Positions 37,713 to 49,400 of a stretch of 64,000 nt of DNA are shown here, piece after piece (positions within the stretch are counted from its first letter, which is position 1; each line of letters begins with the position of its first letter). Source of the DNA: Balamuthia mandrillaris (Eukaryota); the NCBI GenBank assembly GCA_031835245.2, contig JAVKOQ020000062.1, positions 124,001 through 188,000 of the forward strand, written 5' to 3'. A program made the position numbers and the translations under genes. Below the pieces are notes generated by a model. It saw nothing but the letters and a program-made list of their open reading frames with translations, did not search any database and was not told where the DNA came from.

Positions 37713-40700
37713 GTCTCTGTCTCTGTCTCCTCCCGTCTTTCGTCGCTTTCTTTCTCTTTTATCCTTGCTTACTTTTCTTTCACTCTTCTCTCTTTTTGTC
37801 TATATCTCTTTTCCTCTCTTCTTTCATTTGTTCGTTTCGGTTGTTCTCTTCAACTTAATGCACACTCTGCTCTCGTTAAATAGAGCACATGCTTTTTTTG
37901 GGCACTGAAAAGTATCCGGATGAAAATAGCTACAACAGTTTTCTCTCCTCTCACGGCGGCCGCAGCAATGCCTACACAGGCGTTGAGAATACCAACTATT
38001 ACTTTGATGTTACTCATGAACACTTGGAAGAGGCTTTAGATAGGTTTGTTCTCTTCACTATTTCGTCTTCTTCTTCTTCGTCTTCTTCTTGTTCTTCTTC
38101 TTCTTCTTCTTCTTCTTCTTCTTCCCCTTCTTCTTCTTCCTCTTCTTCTGCTTCTGCTTCTTCTGCTTCTTCTTCTAACGTATCTTCTGTCATGCACTCG
38201 CCAAAAAGGTTTTCTCAATTCTTTATTGCTCCACTGTTCACGGAAGATGCAACAGACAGAGAAATGAACGCAGTTGATTCTGAGAACGCAAAGAACCTTC
38301 AATCCGACAACTGGCGGCTCTATCAGCTGTTGAAGCACTCTGCTAATCCACGCCATCCTTTCCATAAGTTTGGCACTGGAAACTTGTACACCTTGAAGGA
38401 GGTGCCAACCAAGAACGGGATCGATGTTCGTCAAGCCTTGCTTGACTTTCACAGCAAGTATTACTCTGCGAATATTATGAAACTTGCTGTCCTTGGCCGA
38501 GGTATTTTTTTTTTTAAAAAAGGGACTTGTCATTTGTGTTTTCCCGCATAGGTTTAACATGTTTTATACTCTTTCGGTTCACAGAGCCGTTGGACCAGTT
38601 AGAAGAGTGGGTTACAAAGTACTTCTCCACCATTCCAAACAAAGACAGAAAAGTGATATTATCTGATTCATCGATCCTTCCTTTTGGCCCGGAACAACAG
38701 GTATCTATATTCTCTTCTTTGCTCTCTCGTTTCTCTGCTGACATTCGGGTTGTAGGGTTATATCTACAAGATTGTTCCTGTGAAAGACATTCGTAATTTG
38801 GTAGTAATGTTCCCTCTTCCTTCTTTGCGAGAATTTTACTTGGAAAAGCCTACTAGGTATTATGGCCATCTTATTGGTCATGAAGCGGAAGGCAGCCTTT
38901 TATCTTTGTTGAAGAACAAAGGTCTGATCGCTGCTTTCGTTCCTCTTTCTTGTTCTTGTCCTTGTTCTTCTTCTTCTTCTTCTTTCGTTTTGAATGCTGA
39001 AAGTATTTTTCATTTTAAGGTTGGGCAAATGAGCTAGAAGCTGGTAGCAGCAGAAATTCTTCTGATTTTGAATTGTTTAAAGTCACTGTAAGACTTACTG
39101 ATGAGGGATTAGGTAGCTATATTTGTCCTATTACTTCTTCTTGTTCTGGTTCTCCCATTTTTCTCTGTTCTTTCTTGTCATTTCTTTATTTCTTTCTTTC
39201 TTGTCGTTTCTTTCTTTCTGCTTCTTCGTATGTTCGTGTTCGTCTCCTGCTTCTGATTCGCTCATTTCGGATGATTAGAACACGTGGAGGACATTGTCGG
39301 TTTGTTGATGGAATACATACGTTTGTTGAAGGAATCCCGCCCTCAAGAATGGATCTACTCTGAGGTTCAGAGCATCGGTTCCATCGATTTCAGGTTCAAA
39401 GAAAAAGAGCATCCCATCAACTACGTTTCCAACGTATCCTCCAATATGCAGCATTACCCCGCGAACCATGTTCTGTCAGGACCTTACCTCTTTGAAAAGT
39501 ATGATGAGAAGTTGCTCACTGATCTTTTGAGCAACTTTGATCCCAATAACATGTGGTATGTATACTTGCTGAATCCTCTCATTCTTTTATTCCTCCCCCT
39601 TATTTTCCCTCTTCTCTTCTGCTTCTTCTTTATTGTTCAATTTCACTTCTCATAGTTTGTTAAACAATTATACTCAGCGTTCAAATAATTTCAAAGAAGT
39701 TTGAAGGCTCCACACAAGAGGAAGAGCCGTGGTACAAAACTCCTTACACTCGCGAACGCATGTCTGAAGAGCAGCTGGCAAAATGGAACCAGCTCACTTC
39801 CATTCATCAAGCCACAGCTGTTGGTGAGAGCTCCGTTTTAAAAGAAGGAGCAGTCTATTTGAGTCTTCCAAAACCCAACGAATTTATTCCTACTGATTTC
39901 AAGCTGAAAGAACTCCCAGAAAAGGCACGTATCTGTATTATTTTCTTTTTTCATTCTTTTTTTAATTAACTTTTTTTTCTCTCCGTAAAACAGCCCCCGA
40001 TTTATCCGGAGAACGTGTTATCCAGAGGTCCCATTTCACTCTGGTTTAAACAGGACAACACTTTCAAAGTGCCAAAAGCGGAGGTCAGGATGGCCTTTCT
40101 TAGCCCGGTGGCTTACCTCTCGCCCAAGCATGCCGTTCTCACTCACCTTTACACTAAAATTTTGGAAGATTCGCTCAACGAGTACAGCTATAACGCTCAT
40201 ATTGCTGGTTTGAAGTTTGTGCTCTCCAGCACAAATCTTGGTTTGGAGGTATGGTTATATTTTCTTTTGTTGTTTTGTTTGGGTGTCTATGTTCGTATGT
40301 GCTTACCTTAACATTTTTCTGTCCGAGTGAAGCTGCGAGTAAATGGATACAACGAGAAGTTGCCTCTTTTATTGAAAAAAATCGGGAAAAGAATGATCAA
40401 TTTATCTCCCAATGAAACCCGTTTCAGAGAAATCAAAGAAAAGGTTCGCTCTTCTCTCTTCCTGCATCCTAGTTCTTTCCACCAACAAAAACAAATTATA
40501 TAGATAAAACGCGACTACAAAAACTTTTACTTGAACCAACCATGGGAACACGCTCGCTACGAGCTTGGTCTTTGGCTACTCGACAAGAGATGGTCGGTGG
40601 AAGAGAAGCTGGAAGCAATCGAGGGTATCGAGCTTAATGATCTTGTCTCCTTCATCCCTCGCTTGTTGGAAGGTCTCAAAATAGATGCCCTATGCATGGG

Positions 40701-41290
40701 CAACGTGCATCAAGAGGAAGCTACTGAGCTCTGTCAAAGCTTCCTGAAGGAGATCTCGCCACGTGTGCTTTGTCCTGCGGAAGTGCCGACCAATCGAGTT
40801 GTGAGGCTGGAGGATGGCACCACCTATACGCTGCGCATGAAGGGACCAAACAAGGATAACAAGAACTCGGCCATTTATCAATATTATCAGGTCTCTTGGT
40901 TTTTGTTTTTCTCTTCATTAGTTCGCTTCGCTGTTTCTTTCTCACATGTTGCATTTTCATTTCTCTTCAAAACTTGCCGTCCAAAAGGTGGGACTGGTGG
41001 ATGTCGAGACGGATGCTAGATTGGACCTGTTGGCCCAAATAGCACACGAATCGGCCTTTGATCAACTGAGGACGAAAGAGCAATTAGGTATTCTTTAATT
41101 GTTGATTCTTTTTAAGTTAGAGAAAAACGTTTAGCTAATCGTTTCGTTAAACTAAAAGGTTACATAGTGTGGAGCGGTGTGCGAAGCGTGTATGGAGTAT
41201 GTGGCTTCCGGTTCATCATTCAATCATCCGTAAAAGACCCCACTTACCTCGACGAACGCGTTGAAGCCTACTTGCAAAAACTTAGAGTAC

Positions 41291-41323
<33 letters not shown>

Positions 41324-41827
41324 TTTTTATTTTTTAATCAATGCACTAACAAAACTATAAAACTCACAAAAAACAAAATGAAACAGGAATACATAGTGAC
41401 TATGTCAAACAAAGAGTTTGAAGACCACAAAAAAGCTCTCATCGCTCAACTGGAAGAGAAAGACAAGACGCTCTCCCAAGAGGTTCGTCGTCACTGGGAC
41501 GAGATTACCAACCACACCTTCCTCTTCGACCGGACGGAGAGGCAGGTGAAGGAGGAGAAGGAGAAGGTGGATAGGGACGTGATGTTGGACTTTTTCGATC
41601 GCTTCTTGCTCCCCTCTCCTTCCTCCTCGAGTGCCACGAACAAAAGAAGCAAGCTGAGTATTCAAATCTTTGGAAAGGATCACCCTCTCCCTGAAGCAGA
41701 AAAGGAAGAGGAAGCGAAAGAGAAGGAAGAAGAAGGGCAGAAAGAGCTCGGAAAACGAGTGGACTTGTCGAAAGTGGATCCGACTTCGTTCAAGAATGGG
41801 CTCTATCTTTATCCAGTCAACTCCTAA
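36845..41827 (+). CDS. IDE: Insulysin/pitrilysin family M16A metallopeptidase (insulin-degrading enzyme-like)
   Basis: [48 protein letters not shown] (HxxEH), [46 protein letters not shown] and [14 protein letters not shown]. Confidence 0.95.
37470..37728 (+). repeat. (TCTCTG)n hexamer microsatellite in the IDE intron that splits the HxxEH motif
   Basis: About 40 near-perfect copies are visible. Confidence 0.95.
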
Positions 41828-41929
41828 GGGGAAAAAAAAGAAAACGTTCATGTTACCAAATGATTCTTTCACCGCAACAACAAGAACAAACAACCACCGC
41901 CACCACCCTTCCTCAATTAAAAAAAAAAA

Positions 41930-42180
41930 AGAACAAGCAGAAGAAGAAGAACAAGAAGAAGAAGAAGAATAAGAACAAGAACAAGAAGAAGAAGAAGAAG
42001 AAGAACAAGAACAAGAACAAGAACAAGAACAAGAACATGAAGAACCAGAACCAGAACATGAAGAAGAACAAGAAGGAAAAGGAAAAGAAGAAGAAGAACA
42101 AGAACAAGAAGAACAACAAGAGAAAGAAGGAGAAGAAGAACAAGAACAAGAACAAGAACAAGAACAAGAACAAGAACAAC
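41930..42180 (+). repeat. Intergenic (GAA)n/(GAACAA)n compound microsatellite
   Basis: Directly visible between the IDE stop and the SPCS3 promoter. Related tracts lie in introns at about 1460-1715, 6310-6570, 8860-9125, 12055-12228, 35050-35420 and 63070-63375. Confidence 0.95.
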
Positions 42181-42356
42181 CAGGGTGCCCTTCCTCAAGG
42201 CTTTTTGGGAGGAATCCACGTTTACTGCCAATCGCAAGGACCAAAGCTGACGTGGTGGATAATCATTTCAAGTATACGCTGACGTAATTTTGCCTTTCAA
42301 AGTAAATCATGACGTGGAATTCAATACTTGTGATTTAAAAAAAAAGAAAAGAAAAG

Positions 42357-42402
<46 letters not shown>

Positions 42403-42489
42403 TTCTGCCCCTTCTTTGCAGCGCTTCTGATTTTTCTTTTGTTGTTTCTTTTTCTTTTTTTCTGTTCTGCTTCTTGATTTTGGAGGAAG

Positions 42490-43459
42490 ATGCACTCGGT
42501 GTACTCTCGGTTGAACTCTATTTTGTCCTACGCCGTGTTTTTGTTGTCGGCTTTGGCCGTTGGCAACATGATCACCAGTTTCTGGCTGGTCGGCGAACCG
42601 CAGGTCGAGCTTCACATCAACACCGTTACTTCCATGTAACTATATCTTCCTGAGCTTTCACCCCTTTTTCATTTGAAACACTGACTCGTGCATCTTGTTC
42701 TCTCTCTCTCTCTCGCTCTCTCTCTCCCTCTCTCTCTCTGCTCTCTGCTCTCTGCTCAACCAACAAAAATTATAGGATGTCACGGAATCACAATGACTAT
42801 GTCTGGCTCACTTTTGATCTTGACGCTGATATCCTTCTTCTTCGTGTTGTCCTTCTTTTTCTTCTACTAGTTCTTCTTCTTCTGCTGCTTCATGCTCACG
42901 TTCTGCCCTGTCACCTTATTTTCTTTAACCCACCACTGACCTAATAATACATCTGAGACCACTGTGGAACTGGAACACGAAGCAGCTGTTTGTTTTTCTT
43001 ACCGCGGAGTACAAGTCTGCCAAGAATGTAATTATTTTGTTCTTACTTGTTGTAATCGTTGTTCTTCTTCATTGTTATGGTCATGATGTTCTTCTGTCTC
43101 GCTTTCTCCTGCTTTCTTTTCTCTCTCTCTCTCTCTCTCTGCCATTGTACTCACAATCAAACAATATGTAGGAGGTGAATCAAATAGTGTTGTGGGATAG
43201 GATTATTCAAACTAAGGAAGACTCCCTCCTTCACCTCCAAAAAGAACGAATCGAATATCCTCTTGTTGATCAAGGCCACCACCTTCTGTACGAATCTCTT
43301 TCACCACTTCTTTCTTTGTGTGCTTTATTCTCGTTCATCTTTTAGTCTCTTTCTCTTTCTCTTTCTCTTTCTCTTTCTCTTTCTCTTTCTCTTTCTCTTT
43401 CTCTTTCTCTTTCTCTTTCTCTTTCTCTTTCTCTTTCTCTTTCTCTTTCTCTTTCTCTT

Positions 43460-43491
<32 letters not shown>

Positions 43492-43668
43492 CCTCTTACT
43501 TCGTCTCACTTCCTGCATTCTCTCTCTTTCTTGTTAAGTGGCAACGAGGTTCGCTTCTATTTCAGCTGGGACATAACGCCGATAACAGGAATCCTCCAAA
43601 AGGCATCCAAGGGGGAACACCTCCTAACATTGCCTTCCGACTACATCCAATCTCCCATTCAACTTTAA
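42490..43668 (+). CDS. SPCS3: Signal peptidase complex subunit 3 (SPC22/23)
   Basis: MHSVYSRLNSILSYAVFLL, LTFDLDA|DLRPLWNWNTKQLFVFLTAEY, NQIVLWDRII, YPLVDQGHHL and FSWDITPITGIL. Intron 2 is AT-AC. Confidence 0.95.
42829..42950 (+). other. U12-type AT-AC intron in SPCS3
   Basis: 5'ss ATATCCTT, branch-like TTCTTTAAC at 42921-42929, 3'ss AC. Removal restores DLDA-DLRPLW. Confidence 0.92.
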
Positions 43669-43691
43669 ATACAGTTTCTCTCTCTCTCGTC

Positions 43692-43733
<42 letters not shown>

Positions 43734-44120
43734 CTCTCCTCTTTCCTTTCTATCTCCCTCTCCCTCTCTCCCTGCACTCTCCTCTCTCCTCTCTCCTCTC
43801 TCCTCTCTCCTTTCTCTTATCTTCCGAACGTAACTCAGTCGAGGGTTGTCCTTTAATTCCGTAATTTCCACCAATCGGATTTTCCCCAAACGATCTCAAT
43901 ATTCCATAAAAGGCAATAATCGGCGATTTATCCTATAACGCCTCATTAATTGAGTGGTCTTTTGTATGGTTACGTTACTCAGCAGACTTTTCCTTCGTTT
44001 GTTTCCTGAGCAGCATATTTAAACAATAGTTTTTTATTAGTTGCATTTTGTTACGCACCTAAACTGTGAACTCAACCACACTTGCGGTGTACCGCAACTG
44101 CACTAGGCGATAAACAAAAA

Positions 44121-46129
44121 ATGAACGTGGTATCGGACAAACTGCGAGAAGGGGGCCATAGAGAACACGGCTGGTGCAGCTGGTGCTTCAAGCCCACCGT
44201 GCATACGGCCACGTTGTACTACAAGCTCAGCGCGCACACCAACAAAGTGCGCTTCAGGAGGGACGTCTATCAATGTGACGACTGCAAGAGCCGCACCGTT
44301 CCCGTACGTAAAATACGTTTTCTTTCTCGCCCTTTCTCTTTTGGAGATTACTGATAGCTGTGTCTGTATTTAGTGCATGAAAGGAGGCTGTCATGAATTC
44401 GCCCGCAGTTACGCTCACGTCTTGTACGTTTCTCCTGTTCGGCCCTTTCCATTGTGTCCTTGCTTGTTCTCCTGTCCACTTCTTCATCTCGTTCGCGTGT
44501 TCTCTCTTCCGCTGTTGTCTCGTCTATTCTCTTGCTCGCTCCTCTCTTGTTATCTTTTATCGTCTCTCTTCCTTTGTTAATGTTGCGAGTCCTGTTAGTA
44601 ACTGTCTTCACCCAAACAGGTCGGATAAGTTTTGTTACGTGCACCAAGGTCTTCTGCCGGAATGGACGGAGGAGGGCCGCGCCCAGCTCTCCCTCCGCTC
44701 CAAGTACTGCTCCTGGTGCCTGGAGCGCACCGACCACGTCCTCGTCCACGCCTCCCGCCGCATGTACGAGTGCTCTTCCTGTGGCAAGCCCACCAAACCC
44801 TGCAAAAGAAGCGGGAAGAGCACCTCTGCCGCTACTCCTAATACCTGCGAGGACGACGGCATGGCCAGAGACGGCGCTCTCGGCGGAGGGGCCTGCTTGA
44901 AGCACGCCAAGTTGCTTAAGGACTGGGGCAGCGTGGAGGACAATAAGAAGAGCCTGCAAAGGGAGGCCTGGTGCTCCTGGTGCTCGGAGCACTGCACGCA
45001 CACGCTGGTGGCCAAGAACAAGATCAAGAGGAATGAGTATACCTGCGATACATGCACGTCGCCTACCATGGGCTGCATCAAGTGTAAGGATGGCATGTCC
45101 CGTTCTGGACCTTCCAACCCGCATTGCATTCAATGCAAAGGTTACTTCCCGTTTCCTTGTGCTTTTTTAATTTGTCTTCTCTCTGTTTCTCTCTCTCTCT
45201 CTCTCTCTCCATTTTTATTCTTTTTCTAAATATTTGCTCTGTTGAACACTATACTATAGGAAAGAACAAGTGGGAGGAGTTGTTGCAACGCAAGTATGAA
45301 GCCTTTGGTAGAGTGAGTAGATTGGCTTTATTCTTCTTTCGCTCCTCCCTTTCTCTTAGTATCTTATTGATTTTAATTTTTGTATGACAGGACAACGACA
45401 TTGAGTACATTCGTAAAGAATTGGAGAGAGAGTCGGAGCACAGGGCGAAAGCTCTCGAAGACGGCCTCATCCGTCCATTCCTTTTACTTGTTTCCATGCA
45501 TCCTGCTGCTCGATGGTTTGTCTACATTTGTTTTCAGTATCTCACTTTATATGTATTTATTTGTTCTGATCCTCTTTTATCTTATCTCGGCCCACATAGC
45601 ATGACTGCTGCTGCTCTGGAAATCAACATGTTTTCTGCTAAAGACTATGGTTTGCTCCTTTTCCTTCCTTCTTTTCTCTTTTTCTTCACTCACACCTTTA
45701 ATTAAACGAAACAGGTGATCCTCATGCCGAAGCAGCCAAAATCCTTTTCACCAACAAGAAAGGCATCAAAGCCAGGTCCACCTACCGTCGTGAGACTGTG
45801 ACCAAGCGCAGCTGCGCCTGGTACGACCTGCTCTTCAGACTGAACAAAGAGACGTTCAAGGTGCAGGATATTGAACGTCTTTTGGCCTCCGAAGCGGAGA
45901 AGCTCTCCGGCAACAGCGAGGACAGGACCGCTCAGCAGGTGGAAATGAAGTTGATGGACGTGTTGGCCAAGAGTCAACGCGCTCGTATGACTGAGACGCA
46001 GAAGAGCGATGTGGACAAGCTGATGGATGCTGACCCCATTGTTGAGTTGTTGGAGAACCTTGATGCTGCTGGTTAGTTCTCCTTTAATTCCTCTTATTCT
46101 CCGTTTACTAAACTTGTTTCCTCCTCCTC

Positions 46130-46205
<76 letters not shown>

Positions 46206-47038
46206 AAAGGTATTTCTGACCCAAGCTTGAAGCGTTGGTTGGTCGAAACTTGTTACCTGGCCTCTCCCTACGGCGCCAAAGTGGGCAAACAAGAAGGAGC
46301 AGAGACTCCCTCTCACATTTCCAGAAAACTTAAAGAGGAGGACATTGATGAGGAAGACAGAGCCGGGGGTCCTTCTTCGGGCTCTGACTCGGAGGGCGAG
46401 ATAGATGGTGGCTCTGCCCTTGAATCGCAGGAGGACATCGCCGCATTGGCGTCTCGTTTGGTTTCTAACTTGCATCAACAAGTTGTGCAAGGTTTGTTTT
46501 TTATGATTGTTTTTATCCTTGTGTTCGTAGACTTATACTGTTTGCGTGTTTGTTACTACACAGGTCAAGGCTATTTTGCCAAAATGAGAAAGCGAAACGA
46601 AGTGCTTGGCGCTGTCGGTGCGCAGGCTGCCACCATGGTACATCCTTTTCCTTCTTTCTTTCTTTCTTGTCGTTTCTTTATCGTTTCTTTATTGTCTCGT
46701 ATCGTTCTTTCTGTTTTATTATTTCTATGGTATGTGCTCACTATACAATTGTTTTTTTTTGTTTTAAGGCGGTTGTGATTCCTCTGAACTTGTTGGTTAT
46801 CTCTCCGGCCTGTCCCCCGTTAGGCATTCTCATCACCGCTGGCATGATCACCAACGCCATCACCTCCAAGCTCTTCAGCAGCGACATTCCTTCCTTGTTC
46901 TCTCCCATCTGCCAATTGTTGGTGCATTACCTCTTCATTTCTTCCCAGGTATCTTTTTTTCTTCAGTCCCTTGTTTGTTTCCTGTTTCTGACTGTGTTTG
47001 TTTGTGTGCAGGGCATCAACATTCACGACTTCTATTAA
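44121..47038 (+). CDS. Uncharacterised protein with three WCSWC-type Cys/His-rich repeats and a hydrophobic C-terminus
   Basis: HGWCSWCF..H..YQCDDC..TVP, YCSWCL..H..YECSSC..TKPC and AWCSWCS..H..YTCDTC..TMGCIKC. Multi-exon; ends QGINIHDFY*. Confidence 0.75.
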
Positions 47039-47324
47039 AGTTCTTCAAAGCAAGCGTTCACGGCCTCTCCCATTTTCTCACTTTATTTTGTTTTATTTTT
47101 CGAGTCGATAAATTTTGATAAGTGACCATATATTTTGATATTTCAATAAAATATTCACCAGCAACGACACTTTCGGGGAAATCGCTATAGATTAAACATT
47201 TTTCCGTTTTTAGGCTTTTTCGTGAAAAGTTATCGATAAAAGGAAATAAATTTGCTCGCCTCAAAAATTTCTTTTTATTTGCCTCAAAAAAGAAGAAGGA
47301 AAAGCAGAGCGAAGCCATATATAC

Positions 47325-48119
47325 ATGTGGGGAGGAACGAGAACGAGTCTTCTTGGTGGCGGCCGGCTTGGCCTTCGGGACAACTGGGCTTCCACCCAAC
47401 CACTGCTCAGCCGCTCCTCCTTCAACTGGACCGCAAGGGCAGCAAGGAGAACTCTCACGCCAAAGGTTGCTTCCTTTGGTAGCAGTGCCACCGCCGCGCC
47501 TGTGTCAACCTCAAGATCCCTCTCGGGGCTCTCGGCGAGCGCACGCCTCCTGTTCCGCTCCACTTCGGCCTCCCCCAAGAACTCGACCGCACCGCAACTG
47601 CTTCCCATGCTTTGGATGGGCAGCACCGCCAACACAACGCTGCGCAGCGCTGGTCTGCGTGACCTCTTGAATTCTTCCTCCTCTTCCCCATCTCTCAACC
47701 CGCATCTCTTTTATCGAGTGGCCACACAAAATGAAGACGAACAGAACAACAAAGAACCAACGACCGAGATCGTGCTGCACCAGGCCCTCATGTGGAACTT
47801 TTGGGACAAGGCCATGATCTTCTTCTTCACCATCATATCGGCCGGCGTAGGGCTCCTCATCCTCCGCCCCTTCTTCGAGTTTCGTCACTACGCCCGCGCC
47901 ATCGAGAGCATGAGGATCAAGGACCGAAGGCTCCAGTTCACCGGCGACCTGGCCGACTGGTACTCCCTCTACTTCAGGAACCTGCTGCTGAGCGTGGTGA
48001 CGCTCGGCGTGTATAACCTGCTGGGCCACGCGGAGCGTGGCGTGGCCAGGTACTTGGACGCCAACACCGTGCTGTTGGAGCCGGGAGAGGTCCCCCCTGC
48101 CCGTAAGAGCTTTATGTAA
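47325..48119 (+). CDS. DUF898/YjgN-like membrane protein with S/T/R-rich N-terminal extension, single exon
   Basis: FTIISAGVGLLILRPFF..RAIESMRIKDRRLQFTG..WYSLYFRNLLLSVVTLGVY..YLDANT resembles the bacterial DUF898 unit. Confidence 0.65.
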   Translation: MWGGTRTSLLGGGRLGLRDNWASTQPLLSRSSFNWTARAARRTLTPKVASFGSSATAAPVSTSRSLSGLSASARLLFRSTSASPKNSTAPQLLPMLWMGSTANTTLRSAGLRDLLNSSSSSPSLNPHLFYRVATQNEDEQNNKEPTTEIVLHQALMWNFWDKAMIFFFTIISAGVGLLILRPFFEFRHYARAIESMRIKDRRLQFTGDLADWYSLYFRNLLLSVVTLGVYNLLGHAERGVARYLDANTVLLEPGEVPPARKSFM

Positions 48120-48312
48120 CTGTATATTTTTTAACAAAAAAAAAAACGAAAACTAAACGAAAAAATAACAAATTAAATAAAAAATAAAACATTAAAAACA
48201 AAAAATAAACAAAAAATAAACAAAAAAGTTTTATTTTTTGTTTTATTTTAATAAAATTTGTCATATAAAAATGCCCTTGCCAGCTACGTAATGGGAGCTA
48301 ACCCCGAAGCGA

Positions 48313-48394
48313 GACACTGTGACCGAGTGGTTAAGGTGATTGACTTGAAATCAATTGGGCTCCGCCCGCGCAGGTTCGAATCCTGCCAGTGTCG
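48313..48394 (+). tRNA. tRNA-Ser(TGA)
   Basis: Acceptor GACACTG/CAGTGTC plus G73, D loop AGTGGTTA, anticodon arm ATTGA-CTTGAAA-TCAAT, long variable arm GGGC/GCCC, T arm GCAGG-TTCGAAT-CCTGC and a downstream T5. Confidence 0.97.
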
Positions 48395-48811
48395 ACAAAT
48401 GTTTTTGTTCCCGCCACACAAAGCCGCGTGGTCCTCTCTCTCTGTTCTGGACTCACGTTTACACAGGCTCATACCCTTTTCCGTGGCCAAAGCAACAAGT
48501 CCTTTTCAGCGTTATCAAAATCTACTTATGGGGAGCATCAAAACACGGAACCGTTGGCTTGGTTGTCTCACCAACTCTTCTGTGTGCCATGCTTTCACAT
48601 CCTCTTTTTTTTTTTTAACAGTGTGTCTTTGCAGCAAAGTGCGGTGCTGTTTTCTTTTTTTTTTTCTCAGAGGGAATCATTTACACATGCTCTGTACATC
48701 CATCTCGTTTGTCTTCTGGTATCCTTTAGTTCAATCCTGCTTCCTGATGATGACAAAACTTAAAAAGAGTTAGCGATGAGTTTGTTTGTTTGTTTTTTTT
48801 TGTGTTTGGTT

Positions 48812-49356
48812 TTAATGTTTGTGCGTACCTTCTTCTGTTTCTTCGTCGTCGTCTGCCGCTTTTTGTAAGGATGGAAGATCAAGCGGCACCCACAACTCCG
48901 CCAGATCAGCTAAGCACGCTGTCTCATCTTCCTTTTCCTCCGTTTTCGTATTATTAGCACCAGAGGAAGAATGAGAAAGAGCAGCGAGCATCGCCAAAGT
49001 AGAATGAGAAGCGCATATTTCTCTCTTGAACTCTGTCCATGAGATGCTACAGTCGTTCTGCTTTTCGCCTTCGCTATCCTCACTTGTTTCATCGCCATGT
49101 TCGTGCGCTAATGATGAGCGGTTTGAAGAAGAACAAGTAGAAGATGAAACAGGAAGAGGGCCATCTGTTTGAGGGGAAGAGTGGCAGTCGGTGTATTTTT
49201 CCATGATTTCCTTGGAGTAGTCGTTTTGATAGTAAAGGCGGTACAAAGAAGCAAACAGCGTGCAGAGCTCTTCCGTGGTCAAATATCCATCTCCATTGGT
49301 ATCGTAAAGGTTGAATAACACTTGTATAGGGAGGGAGAGAGAGATAAGTATTATCT

Positions 49357-49400
<44 letters not shown>

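Noticed and set aside
48719..48727. GTATCCTTT U12-like donor
   Set aside because: It lies antisense to the RabGAP 3' flank with no associated exon or branch site; probably chance.
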